Of a DNA stretch of 64,000 nucleotides, positions 63,201 to 64,000 are shown in pieces (the stretch's first letter is position 1; each line of letters starts with the position of its first letter). The stretch is from Camelus dromedarius. Its lineage: Eukaryota. The stretch lies in NCBI RefSeq assembly GCF_036321535.1, contig NC_087437.1, forward strand, positions 16,184,001 to 16,248,000. The letters are read 5' to 3'. The notes under the pieces were generated by a model. That model was given only the letters and a program-made list of their open reading frames with translations. It had not been told where the DNA came from and did not search any database. Made by a program: the position numbers and the translations under genes.

Positions 63201-64000
63201 ACTCCTTGGCAATGCTATCTTGAAACCATTAGCATATGTGTGTGTCCACACTGTGCATATGCTACATATTTTTAATCACTTGGGTTATCGCCCAATTTAT
63301 TCTTAGAGTGCCACCTCAGGTAGGAAAGAGGAAAGGCATGGAAGTTCAAATTCCTAGAGTTTCCTGCTTTTTATCCTAATTATGCCTTATCCTAATTATT
63401 CATTCAGGCTGGAAGATCCCTTGAGAGGTCCTCTCATCCAGCCCCTTGCCTCTCAGCACAACTGAAGGAGGCTGTTGGGCTTCTGTTCTCAACAGTTCTT
63501 AGCACACCGAAGTCAGGGAGACGATGCATAAGAGAGGCTGGTGGGCGGGTGCCCACCCAGTAGAAGACCCATTCTCTCAGCATTCCACGGTCAGGGGACA
63601 GAGCAAGAAACCCTCTGGGCTGAGTGAGGCCAGCCTAGATTATTTACCCAGAGACATCATTTTAAACACGTTATGTGCCTCTTAAAATAAAATTAACCCT
63701 GTCTCCTTGCTTTTACCTAAATTTAACCCTGCTACTTTTGCCCTCTTGGTAATAAAGCAGATGGAAGTGTGTGGTTGAAGAAGTTTGAAATAAGAAGCTT
63801 GTTTTCCTTCTTTTCTTTTTCTTTCATTTTTGCTTATATCCTGCTTAGGTTAAAAAAAAAAATGAGGCACTCAGAGAATATTACAAATCCTCGCAAGGCT
63901 CCCCGTCTTACAGATGGAGAAATACTCAAAACATTCTCTTGTTCATTTGGTTATTTGAAGCCCAGATCATGTTTTTTATAAGTAGAGGCTTTATTGATGG

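Noticed and set aside
1..64000. CRISPR array, prokaryotic operon or other novel multi-gene system
   Set aside because: The sequence is eukaryotic, repeat-rich and non-coding, with no regularly spaced repeats and no gene-dense ORF clusters.

Overview
This is mammalian non-coding DNA, most likely camelid. The inference rests on two tRNA-derived SINEs resembling the camelid Vic-type SINE and several young cetartiodactyl-type L1 3' ends. I found no host protein-coding gene, rRNA, true tRNA or CRISPR array, and the ORF track is almost entirely noise. A large share of the window is interspersed repeats: L1 of many ages, HAL1, L2, L3/CR1, MIR, MaLR/ERVL LTRs, hAT-Charlie DNA transposons and (GT)n microsatellites. 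The only recognisable protein motifs are transposon fossils: an internally deleted ERVL-class gag-pro-pol (6.8-9.3 kb), a second ERVL/MaLR internal remnant (37.4-38.5 kb), and L1/HAL1 ORF fragments. Several repeat-free blocks look like candidate enhancers. I did not find a convincing new biological system. The most notable oddities are a ~155 bp segment duplicated 41 kb apart (5790-5942 and 47242-47395), a miniature twin-primed inverted L1 with TSD, a GC-shifted MER5A in a CpG-rich patch, two orphan L1 5' UTRs and an unassigned ~0.9 kb segment. Repeat family names come from recalled consensus sequences, not a database search, and boundaries are approximate.
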